Shown here: positions 1-8,223 of the stretch, piece by piece | How the letters are laid out: every line of letters begins with the position of its first letter | Numbering within the stretch: position 1 is the stretch's first letter | Source of the DNA: Planctomycetota bacterium | GTDB lineage: Bacteria; Planctomycetota; Phycisphaerae; SM23-33; FEN-1343 | Length of the DNA stretch: 64,000 bases | Direction of reading: 5' to 3' | NCBI GenBank assembly: GCA_012514895.1 | Contig: JAAYZK010000188.1 | Location: forward strand, 25 to 64,024 | Notes under the pieces: generated by a model | Told to the model about the DNA's origin: nothing | What the model saw: only the letters and a program-made list of their open reading frames with translations | The model's database searches: none | Translations under genes and position numbers: made by a program

Positions 1-3000
1 CGTCTGGGGCCAGGCCATGTCGAAGACCGGCGCGCCGGGGTCGGCGTCCACGATCTTCAGCGACCAGGCGTGCAGCGTCACGGCGCCCGCGTCGTCGGTG
101 AGACGGATGCGGATCGTGAACGTTTCGGCCCCGCCGGCCGTGGCCGCGGCGATGCCCGCGGCGGTCCAGGTGAACGTCGCCGACGTGCCGGTGACGTCCG
201 TCAGGTGCATGGTCGCCGCGTCGAGGGGATCCAGCAGCGCGGCCGTGACGGCGTCGCCGTCGGCATTCCACTCGATCTCGTACTGGTAGTCGCCCCCGCC
301 TCGCCTGTTGAAGACGGTGATCGGCTCGGACAGCACCGCCGGCGGCTGGTTGGCGCCCACCGTGAGCGTCAACTGCGTCGTGGCCGCCAGGCCGTACGGG
401 TCGGTCGCCTGCAGGCTCACGGTGAAACTCCGGCCCAGCAGGGCCGGCGGCGGGGTCCACGTCAGGATGCCGAGGTCGGCGTTGAGGACGAGCCCCTCGA
501 CGTCGTCGTTGAGCAGCGCCAGCGCGACCGGGCCGTCGCCGTCGCCGTCGAGGGCGGCGATCTCCAGTTGCCAGGGCTTGCCGGCCTCCGCGGTGTACTG
601 GGCCTGCAGGCCGGTGAAGTAGGGGGGCTGGTTGGGCGTGGTCTGGACGGCCCCGACGTTCACGCCGTCCAGCAACTCGCCGGTGGTGACGGTGACGGGC
701 AGACCCTGCGGGGCGCCGCCCGTCAGCCGCCAGAGCGGCCGGTCGCAGAGGTCCACGCGGAGGGTGTACTGGCCCGGCGCCAGGCCGGGCAGGAGGTAGC
801 GTCCCTCGCCGTCGGTGACGGCGAACGGTTCGTCGGGGACGCCGTCGCTGTCGGTGTCGTCCGGCACGCCGTTGTCGTTCAGGTCGGCGTAGACGGTCCA
901 GCCCGCCAGCGGCCGGTCGAGGATGCGGGCGTATTCCGCTTCGATCGCCCTGGGCAGGTCCTCCGGCTGGACGACCTGGGCCTGGGGGTCGAGGATCCGC
1001 AGGTCCTCCAGCAGGGCGTTGTCGCCGATGCCGAACGCCTTGATGTCGGCCCCCAGGGCCAGCAGGCGCCGCACGGCAGCCTTGATGCCCTCGATGTCCT
1101 TGGTGCCGGTCTCGATCCCGTCGCTGGGCAGGCCGTCCGACAGGAAGATGACGGTGCCTGCGCCCGGGGCGACGTTGTAGTGTTCCAGCAGCTTGGCGGC
1201 GCCTTCGAGGGCCGGGATGTAGGGCGTGTAGGAGAAGGTGTCGGTGTTGACGGCCCGCTCCTCCAGGTCCAGCACGCCGTCGGCGTCGTAGTCGGCCAGG
1301 GGGGTCAGGGCCGCCACGTCGGGTATCGTGTCGTGGCGGATCGACACCCACCCCAGGGCGTCGCTGCCGGGCAGGCCCTCGGGGCAGGGCACGGCGAGGT
1401 CGACGCGGGGGGAGGGGGGCGAGCCGTCCAGCGGCAGGGGGCCGGAGCTGTAGCGCACGAGGGAGACGGCGGTGCTCGTCCCCAGCCCCATGTCGATCAG
1501 GTACCGGTTCAGCGCGAGGAACGCCGCCGCTTCGGCGTCCTTCAGGTTGTGCAGGGAGATGCTGTCGGAGACATCCATCAGGAAGATGATGTGGGGCATC
1601 TCGGCGGGAATACTCTCGAAGTCCATCAGACCGTTGCCGTTGAAGTCCTCGAAGACGGTCCCGGCGACGGCCCCCTCGTCCGGCCCGATGCCACGGCGGA
1701 AGGCGAAGTCGACCCCCTCGGCCACCTCGCCGGGCGCCGGGGCGCCGCCGTCGACGCTGATGCCGCCGGCATCGATCTGGACCACGTGGGGGGCCGCCTC
1801 GGCCGGGGCGGTCTGCACCCAGGGAATCACCTCCGCGCCGTCCAGGGTCCGGACGGGGCCGGTGCGGACGGTGTAGGTTCCTTCGTCCAGGCCGCCGAAG
1901 GTGTAGCACCCGTACTGGTCGGTGACCGTGAACCTCTCGCCATCGTCGAGATATCCATTCAGGTTGGCGTCGATGAAGACCGTCTGGCCGCCTAGCCCGG
2001 GTTCCCACGTGTTGGTCAGGTCCACGCCCCAGCGGCTGGCCAGGACGGTGGTGAAGTCCGCGAGAAACTCCTCCTGCGAAGTGGCGGGGACGTAGTCGCT
2101 GTCCACGCCGGGGGGAGGCAGCATGCCGTAATACGAACAGCCGAATTCCTCCAGGGCTATCCCGCCCCACACGGGGTCGGCGTAGCCTCGGACGACCAGG
2201 GACGGCTCACCGTTGGCGGAGATGCCGTCGTCGCGGTCTTCCACCATGGCGTCCATGGACTGCAATGCCGGGCCGATTCCCCAGGGGTCGCCGGGTCCGT
2301 TGGCCCATCCATCCGAGAAGAACATGACCAGGACGTCCCGCTCGATGGCTTCGTGGAGGCCGCCGGTCAGGGCGCGGACCAGGTCTTCCGTGCCGCCCAG
2401 GGCCGTGGTGAAATCGGTGATGCCTTCGCCGTCGATCCTCTGGGCTGCCTCCAGGATGTCGTAGCGGCCGTCGGCGTCCGTGTCGGCCCCGACAGGCAGA
2501 GCCTGGCAGCCGACGCCGAGGCTCAGGACCTGGGCGTTCCCGCTGAAGCAGACGATGGCGACGTCGACGAACTCGCCCAGGCCCGCATTGATGAGGGCCA
2601 TGTTGGCGCTGGTGAGGTAGTCGATCTGCGTCTGACGGCGAGTGCTGCCCTCATGGGGCAGTTCCGTGCTGCCGGAGACGTCCACGACGTAGACGATCAG
2701 CGGCCGCGTGGAGGACATCGGGAACATGTCACGGACGCCGTTGCCGTTGATGTCGTCGAAGAGCACGCCGCGCACGGCATAGTTGCCCTGGATACCCTTG
2801 ACGGTCAGGCTGAACGGCCGCTCGGCGACGCCGCCCCGCATGTCCGTCACGCGGATGATGAAGTCGAAGGTGGTCTGTCCGGTGGCCGGTGCCGCCGCGG
2901 CGATGGCGTCGGCGTCCCACGTCAGCAGCCCGTGGAGCTCCGAGATCGCCAGTCCGGCCGCGACGGACGGCTGGCCCGCGGCGGGGAGGAGCTCGTACTT

Positions 3001-5532
3001 GTAGACGGGCGCCGAGAGGTTCGCCTGCACCTGGTGGGCCCAGGACAGGTAGGGCGTGCCCGTGCGACCGGTCGGCTCGATGGCGGCCGTCCCCTCCCCA
3101 AGGACCATCGGCGGGGTGTGGGCCGGATCGACGCTGATGCGGAGGCTGCAGGTGTAGTCCGTCGTCGCACCCGTCCAGCCTGTGGCCGTGAGCGTCAGAC
3201 GGATCTCTCTGCCGGCGAGGTCCCGCCCGGCCAGCCGGGGTTCGAACGCGGCCGCGTCGTCCCCGTCGCCGGTGCGGGCGAGGAACAGGACGATCTGCCC
3301 CGAGAACGGGTCGGCGTCGGCCAGGGTGAACCGTTCGGTCACGTCGAGGTCGCCGAACTGGGCGTCGACGAGCACGGCCTCGGCCAGCGCCACCTGCTGG
3401 GCGCCCACCGTCAGGTAGAGGGCCTCGGGGCAGAACGCCCCCGCCGGATCGAGCACGCGGAAGGGCTGGACATAGGTGTCGCCGATGCGGCAGTCGCCCA
3501 GCGGGTCGATCTCGAACGTGGGCGCGACGGCTGCGTCGGTGACCAGCACCGACAGCGTGATGGAGGCGGTCGTGCCGGAGCCGGAAGCCTCGATTCTCAC
3601 GACGTGGCGTCCGGGCGCGGTTCCCTGGAGATCCAGGGTGGACCATGGGTCGTCATGGCGCCAGGTGAACACGCCCTGCCCGGGATCGACGAACATGGCG
3701 GCGTCATAGGAAGGGATCGGAACCCCGTCCAGCCAGGCCGCGTACTGGTACGGGCCGTCGGGATTGGCCAGGGGCAGCGGGCATACGAGGTCCATCCCGC
3801 CGGCGCGGTAGGCGGTGAGGTCCAGACGGTCCGTCTCGAACTGCGGCGGCAGGAGGTCGGGCGCGTCCACGAGGACCTGGATCAGCTTCGATCGGGAGTG
3901 GGCCGGATCGGCCGATCCCTCGTCCGGCCAGGCGACCGTGACGGCGATCGTCCCGGCGACCGCCGCGTGGGCGGCCGGGATGAACCGCAGCGTCGCCAGC
4001 GCGTCGTTGAGGGCATCACGCGCTCCCGACAGGACCAGGGCGTCGTCGCCGGGGGCCGGGCCCGTCGCGGTCACGCCGGCGACGCCGTCCACCTCGAGCG
4101 AGCCGCGATGCGGATCGAGCGTGACGGTGTAGACCGGGCCGGCGCCCGCGCCCAGTCCGTCGGCGATGGCGATCCGCGTGTCGCCGGCGGCTACGGCGAT
4201 CGCGCCGCCGAAGGCGCCTTCGACGGCTGCGGGAACGGTCAGGACGGGTTCGTACACGGTGACGTCGATGGCGGCGTAAGCCGTCTGCCAGCCGGTGTAG
4301 CAGGCGGGAAAGTACTTCGTCGAGTGGATCTCGATGCCCGCCGGGCCCGTGTAGCCTTCCTCGGGGACGAACACCATGGCGTCCAGGGCCGTGTTGACCT
4401 CATCCAGCGTGCCCCCGATCCACCTCTCCTCGGGCGGGCCACCGACCTCGGCCGTCCCGGCGTCGGGGCCGAAGTAGACCCCTCCATGGACGGGCACGAC
4501 GCACGTGGCGCTGTAGAGGAAGAGGTCGCCCTGCGCATCCACGAATCGGATCCCGGTGCCCTGGGCGGTCGTGAAACGCAGCGGCGCGTCGGCCACGGCC
4601 AGCGGCGCCTGCGGCGCGGTGATCGTGTGGGGGACGGTGCCGGCCAGGACGGTGATGGCCGCCATGCCGTGCGAGACGGCATAGCCGAACGCATCGCCCG
4701 GGTACCAGGCACAGACCCACATCTCGAAGCCGGCGGTGCCGACGTGACCGGCGGCGGGGCTGAACACGATGCTGTCGAGGGCGGCGTTCACCTCGGCCAG
4801 CGTGCCCAGGATGAGCAACTCCGAGTTCGGGTCTCCGCTGACCTCCGCGCCGCCGGGGGAGACCGTCACGCCGCCGTGATCCATGATCAGCGTCGCTTCG
4901 TACAGGGCGCCGGGGCCGTCCGGGTCGATGATCTCCAGGGGGGGACTGGCCGGGGAGAAGTGGAACTGGGAGTTCTTCACCATGGCCGCGGAGGCCGGCA
5001 CGCTCAGCACGGGGGCATCCTTGGCGAGGTCGACGGCGATGGCGACGGCGCCCTCGTCGCAGCCGCTGTTGTCGTCGGTCAGGAGGTACGCCATCGCGTC
5101 GACGCCCGCGTAGCCGGCGGCGGGGGCGTAGGTCAGCGTGTTCAGGGATGCGTTCACCTGCGACAGCGTGCCGATGATCTCAATCTGGGGCGCCGAGGCC
5201 GGCTGGCCGCCGGGCAGGACGGCCTGGAGGACGCCGTGACCGACGGTCAGCAGCAGATCGACCGTTTCGTCGACGTGGAGGTCATCCTCGACGCCGAGGT
5301 CCAGGGGTCCTGTGAACGTCAGTTCCCTGCCGGCAGTGACATAAGGCGGCATGTCCGGCTCGTCCATCGCCAGGCTCGCGCTGAGCATCAGCTTCGGTTC
5401 GAGCTCCTCCAGGTCGGCCGGGGGGGCGGCTCTCAGCCCGTGTTCCAGACAGGACTGAAGCAGGCGCATCCGATGCAGGACCACGGCGTACAGGCGGCGC
5501 AGCATGGACATGGCGTGAGATGCCGGCGACAT
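1..5532 (-). CDS. Giant secreted LEPR-xLL protein (>1840 aa, runs off the window start) with cadherin/Ig-like repeats, SdrD-B-like repeats and two VWA domains
   Basis: Absent from the ORF track because it has no stop in the window. Manual minus-strand translation gives an ATG at 5532 with a GGAGG RBS, the planctomycete motif 'LEELEPKLMLSA', repeats 'GTLSQVNASLNTLTY/GTLAEVNAALDSIVF', VWA MIDAS motifs 'VVDVSGS...FFSDG' and 'LMDVSDS...FLSDG', and SdrD-like 'GVLFDDINGNG' and 'EPGLGGQTVFIDANLNG'. The frame stays open to base 1. Confidence 0.85.
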   Translation of the reverse strand, partial: MSPASHAMSMLRRLYAVVLHRMRLLQSCLEHGLRAAPPADLEELEPKLMLSASLAMDEPDMPPYVTAGRELTFTGPLDLGVEDDLHVDETVDLLLTVGHGVLQAVLPGGQPASAPQIEIIGTLSQVNASLNTLTYAPAAGYAGVDAMAYLLTDDNSGCDEGAVAIAVDLAKDAPVLSVPASAAMVKNSQFHFSPASPPLEIIDPDGPGALYEATLIMDHGGVTVSPGGAEVSGDPNSELLILGTLAEVNAALDSIVFSPAAGHVGTAGFEMWVCAWYPGDAFGYAVSHGMAAITVLAGTVPHTITAPQAPLAVADAPLRFTTAQGTGIRFVDAQGDLFLYSATCVVPVHGGVYFGPDAGTAEVGGPPEERWIGGTLDEVNTALDAMVFVPEEGYTGPAGIEIHSTKYFPACYTGWQTAYAAIDVTVYEPVLTVPAAVEGAFGGAIAVAAGDTRIAIADGLGAGAGPVYTVTLDPHRGSLEVDGVAGVTATGPAPGDDALVLSGARDALNDALATLRFIPAAHAAVAGTIAVTVAWPDEGSADPAHSRSKLIQVLVDAPDLLPPQFETDRLDLTAYRAGGMDLVCPLPLANPDGPYQYAAWLDGVPIPSYDAAMFVDPGQGVFTWRHDDPWSTLDLQGTAPGRHVVRIEASGSGTTASITLSVLVTDAAVAPTFEIDPLGDCRIGDTYVQPFRVLDPAGAFCPEALYLTVGAQQVALAEAVLVDAQFGDLDVTERFTLADADPFSGQIVLFLARTGDGDDAAAFEPRLAGRDLAGREIRLTLTATGWTGATTDYTCSLRISVDPAHTPPMVLGEGTAAIEPTGRTGTPYLSWAHQVQANLSAPVYKYELLPAAGQPSVAAGLAISELHGLLTWDADAIAAAAPATGQTTFDFIIRVTDMRGGVAERPFSLTVKGIQGNYAVRGVLFDDINGNGVRDMFPMSSTRPLIVYVVDVSGSTELPHEGSTRRQTQIDYLTSANMALINAGLGEFVDVAIVCFSGNAQVLSLGVGCQALPVGADTDADGRYDILEAAQRIDGEGITDFTTALGGTEDLVRALTGGLHEAIERDVLVMFFSDGWANGPGDPWGIGPALQSMDAMVEDRDDGISANGEPSLVVRGYADPVWGGIALEEFGCSYYGMLPPPGVDSDYVPATSQEEFLADFTTVLASRWGVDLTNTWEPGLGGQTVFIDANLNGYLDDGERFTVTDQYGCYTFGGLDEGTYTVRTGPVRTLDGAEVIPWVQTAPAEAAPHVVQIDAGGISVDGGAPAPGEVAEGVDFAFRRGIGPDEGAVAGTVFEDFNGNGLMDFESIPAEMPHIIFLMDVSDSISLHNLKDAEAAAFLALNRYLIDMGLGTSTAVSLVRYSSGPLPLDGSPPSPRVDLAVPCPEGLPGSDALGWVSIRHDTIPDVAALTPLADYDADGVLDLEERAVNTDTFSYTPYIPALEGAAKLLEHYNVAPGAGTVIFLSDGLPSDGIETGTKDIEGIKAAVRRLLALGADIKAFGIGDNALLEDLRILDPQAQVVQPEDLPRAIEAEYARILDRPLAGWTVYADLNDNGVPDDTDSDGVPDEPFAVTDGEGRYLLPGLAPGQYTLRVDLCDRPLWRLTGGAPQGLPVTVTTGELLDGVNVGAVQTTPNQPPYFTGLQAQYTAEAGKPWQLEIAALDGDGDGPVALALLNDDVEGLVLNADLGILTWTPPPALLGRSFTVSLQATDPYGLAATTQLTLTVGANQPPAVLSEPITVFNRRGGGDYQYEIEWNADGDAVTAALLDPLDAATMHLTDVTGTSATFTWTAAGIAAATAGGAETFTIRIRLTDDAGAVTLHAWSLKIVDADPGAPVFDMAWPQT

Positions 5533-5696
5533 GGCGGAACTCCTCCCGATCGAGGGCAGCCCCTTTACGCACCGATGGGCTTGCCTGGAAATGGAGCCGC
5601 AGTACAACCCCGCGGAAACATCTGCTCCGCGTACCCCAACTCACCTCATCGGCAAGCCTGTAAAAGAGTGTGCCAGGTCTCTCTTCACCCGCAGAA

Positions 5697-5741
5697 TGAC
5701 AATGCACCCGGATTATTAGCTCCCATCGGGTGCATTGTCAA
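5697..5741 (-). promoter_or_regulatory. Sigma70-type promoter embedded in a perfect 14-bp inverted repeat (putative operator)
   Basis: Minus strand reads TTGACA (5741-5736), 17-18 nt, then TAATAAT (5718-5712). The arms tgacaatgcacccg (5697-5710) and cgggtgcattgtca (5727-5740) are exact reverse complements. Confidence 0.65.
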
Positions 5742-5786
5742 CAGTGCGGTAGGGTTTTTTCGTAGGAGGCCGGTCCGCCTTCGGTG

Positions 5787-8114
5787 TTACTCGGCCACCT
5801 CGCTCAGCCAGAAGCAATCGACGGCCACGTGGTTGGCGCCCTTGGGCGCCCGCCGCAGGTTGGTCGAGAACTCGTAGCGGGTGTCGGCGTCGGGTGTCCA
5901 GGGACCCAGGTCGAAGACCCGCCACTCGCTCTGGCTCAGGTCGGCCGCGTCGATCGCGGCGCGCAGCCCGCCCCGCGGGCCGCCGCTGATGCCGAACTGC
6001 CAGACAAGGCCCTCGGCGCCCTCGGCCAGGTCGGCCTTGGCGCGGACGTGCAGCCTGTAGGTGCGGCCGGGGGTGTAGTCGTCGCCGGCCAGGAGGGTCT
6101 TGTTGTACCAGAACCCGCTGAACTGATCGACGAAGGCGGCATAGCCGTCGCTGGCGCCGTCGGCGGGCAGCCACGACCTGGGATGGTTGTCCCACTGGTT
6201 GGCCTGGACCACGTGGAACGTTCCGGGCGCGGCCGCGGCCAGTTCCGCCGGCACCACGGGTCCGCCGCGGGCCTTGGCGGAGGCCATGTACTGCTCGAGC
6301 CACGCGACCCACGGCTCCGGCGACCAGTTGTCCAGGATCTTCGTGACGTTCGACTCCTTCACCACCCGCGCCAGGTTGGCGGCGATCGCCGTCGGATCCA
6401 GCGGGCCGACCTTCGCCTCCACCGTCCGCCACGTCAGCGAGCCGGGCCCGCGCTTGGCCAGGACGTACCACACGCCCATGTGCACGTGGCGCACGCGCCG
6501 GCCGTAGTCGCCGGCCGGGTCCACCTTCGCCTCGGCCTGCCGCAGGATGGCCTCGGCCTCGGCGATGATCTCCGGCCGCAGGTAGGGCGCGTCGAGGTTG
6601 ACCCGCCGGCCGTTGTGGAACGACCGCTCGTGCGCCGGGGCGTGGATGAGGTCGATATACCGCAGGATGTCCTGGCCGGCCGGCCCGTAGTAGCCCCGGC
6701 AGAACTCCTCGATCAGCGCCTGCCCGTCGGCCTGGGGGTTCCACAGCGCCTTGGCGAGCACCCACTGCTTGAGCATCGTCATGTCCGTCGCGGTGCCGAC
6801 GTGCGTGCCCTGGTTGAACACGCCCGCGCAGCCGTGATCGGCGAAGAACTTCATGTTCGGGGCCAGCGTCTCCAGCTCGGCGTTGGGCTGCATGTAGTGC
6901 ACGCGGTTGCCGACGTAGTGCCAGATGAAGATCTTGCGGGCGATCTTCGACCAGCCCTGGATGTCTTCGGCGAACTGCCGGTTCCGCTCGCTGTCACCGG
7001 CAGCGATGGGATGCGCGAAGTCGCACTCGATCGAGCAGAGGCTGATGAACACGTTGTGGCGGGGGCGGATCGTCCTGGTAGGGGCGCGGGACCACTCGTA
7101 GGCGGCCGTGACGATGCACGAGCCCGGCCGCCGCTTCTCGACCTCTTCGGCGACGCGGTTGGCGAAGCGGATCACCTGCCCTGAGTGGGAGGTGTCCATC
7201 CTCGAGCCGGCCTGAACCGCCCGGCCCTCGCGGATGTCCTCCTGGCGGTCGATGGCGGCGCAGTCGGCGCAGCGGCAGTAGTTGTGGTTGTCCATCTGGC
7301 CGACGACGACGAACTCCGCATCGGGCGACTCCTCGAACGCCTTGAGCACGCCGTCCACCATGGCCGCGAGGGTCTTGGGGTTGGACAGGCACGGCTGGTC
7401 GGCCGTCCGCCGCCCGTCCACCAGGGCCAGCATGTCGTCGGTGATCTCATGACCGCTGAGAGCCAGCAGTTGGCTGTAGGAGTGGACGAGGTTGCCGACG
7501 AACTCGTAGCGCCCGCCCAGCGAGTCGGGCACGTCCTTTTCCCACGCGTGGCCGTTGACCTTGTTCCGCGCCATCCACAGGGGGTTGTGGAAGCTCTCCT
7601 CGAACATCATGTCGCGGTATTCCAGGACGGGCTTTTGCCGCAGGAGCGTGTCTGGCACGACGATGGTGGCCGTCTGGGGAATCGTCATCTCGTCGCGGTA
7701 CCACCACCGCACGCCGAGCGACTCCAGGAACGTGTAGACGCCGTACAGCGTCCCGCGCCTGGCGCCGCCGACGATGATGAGCCGCTCGCCCTCCGTGCGG
7801 ATGATGTAGCCCTCGTCGCCCAGGTCGGCCACGTCCAGCCCCGCCGGCGCCGCGCCGATGCCCAGCGCGACGGCCCTGTCCGGCACGGCCCCGCCGCGGA
7901 CGACGATGGGCAGCTTCGCCCCGCTCATCTTCTCGATGTGCGTCTGCAGTTCCTCGGCGGCGAACCGCTCGGACGGGGAGGCCTGGGGGCCGACGACGAT
8001 GACGTAGTCGCTGCGGCCTTCCGCGACCAGCGTGATCGATGCCGCGGCGTCGCGGACGGCGGCAGCCGGCAGGGCGACGGCAAGGATGAGGATGCGCAGA
8101 GTGGTCGGCGCCAT
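5787..8114 (-). CDS. Secreted DUF4838-type putative glycoside hydrolase with GH67/GH20-like N-terminal domain
   Basis: Signal peptide; N-domain 'AAEELQTHIEKMSGAKLPI...DEGYII...RGTLYGVYTFLE.LGVRWW'; 'QPCLSNP' and 'CRCADC'; 'ALWNP...LIEEFCRGYYGPA'. Confidence 0.75.
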   Translation of the reverse strand: MAPTTLRILILAVALPAAAVRDAAASITLVAEGRSDYVIVVGPQASPSERFAAEELQTHIEKMSGAKLPIVVRGGAVPDRAVALGIGAAPAGLDVADLGDEGYIIRTEGERLIIVGGARRGTLYGVYTFLESLGVRWWYRDEMTIPQTATIVVPDTLLRQKPVLEYRDMMFEESFHNPLWMARNKVNGHAWEKDVPDSLGGRYEFVGNLVHSYSQLLALSGHEITDDMLALVDGRRTADQPCLSNPKTLAAMVDGVLKAFEESPDAEFVVVGQMDNHNYCRCADCAAIDRQEDIREGRAVQAGSRMDTSHSGQVIRFANRVAEEVEKRRPGSCIVTAAYEWSRAPTRTIRPRHNVFISLCSIECDFAHPIAAGDSERNRQFAEDIQGWSKIARKIFIWHYVGNRVHYMQPNAELETLAPNMKFFADHGCAGVFNQGTHVGTATDMTMLKQWVLAKALWNPQADGQALIEEFCRGYYGPAGQDILRYIDLIHAPAHERSFHNGRRVNLDAPYLRPEIIAEAEAILRQAEAKVDPAGDYGRRVRHVHMGVWYVLAKRGPGSLTWRTVEAKVGPLDPTAIAANLARVVKESNVTKILDNWSPEPWVAWLEQYMASAKARGGPVVPAELAAAAPGTFHVVQANQWDNHPRSWLPADGASDGYAAFVDQFSGFWYNKTLLAGDDYTPGRTYRLHVRAKADLAEGAEGLVWQFGISGGPRGGLRAAIDAADLSQSEWRVFDLGPWTPDADTRYEFSTNLRRAPKGANHVAVDCFWLSEVAE

Positions 8115-8223
8115 TGCGGGTCTCCTTCACGTGTCGGCAGCGCGGTTCAGCCGGTCTCATGGCGGAACCGGCGCCGAGGATTGCCACTATACGTGACCCC
8201 CGGCGCCGGCCGCAAGAGGGGCT

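Noticed and set aside
5660-5676. TGGCAC sigma54-like half-site on the minus strand
   Set aside because: There is no GC at the -12 position (TGGCACACTCTTTTAC).
70-5877. Long plus-strand ORFs 70..1995 and 2353..5877
   Set aside because: They are antisense shadows in exact codon register with the real minus-strand giant gene and carry no recognisable motifs.
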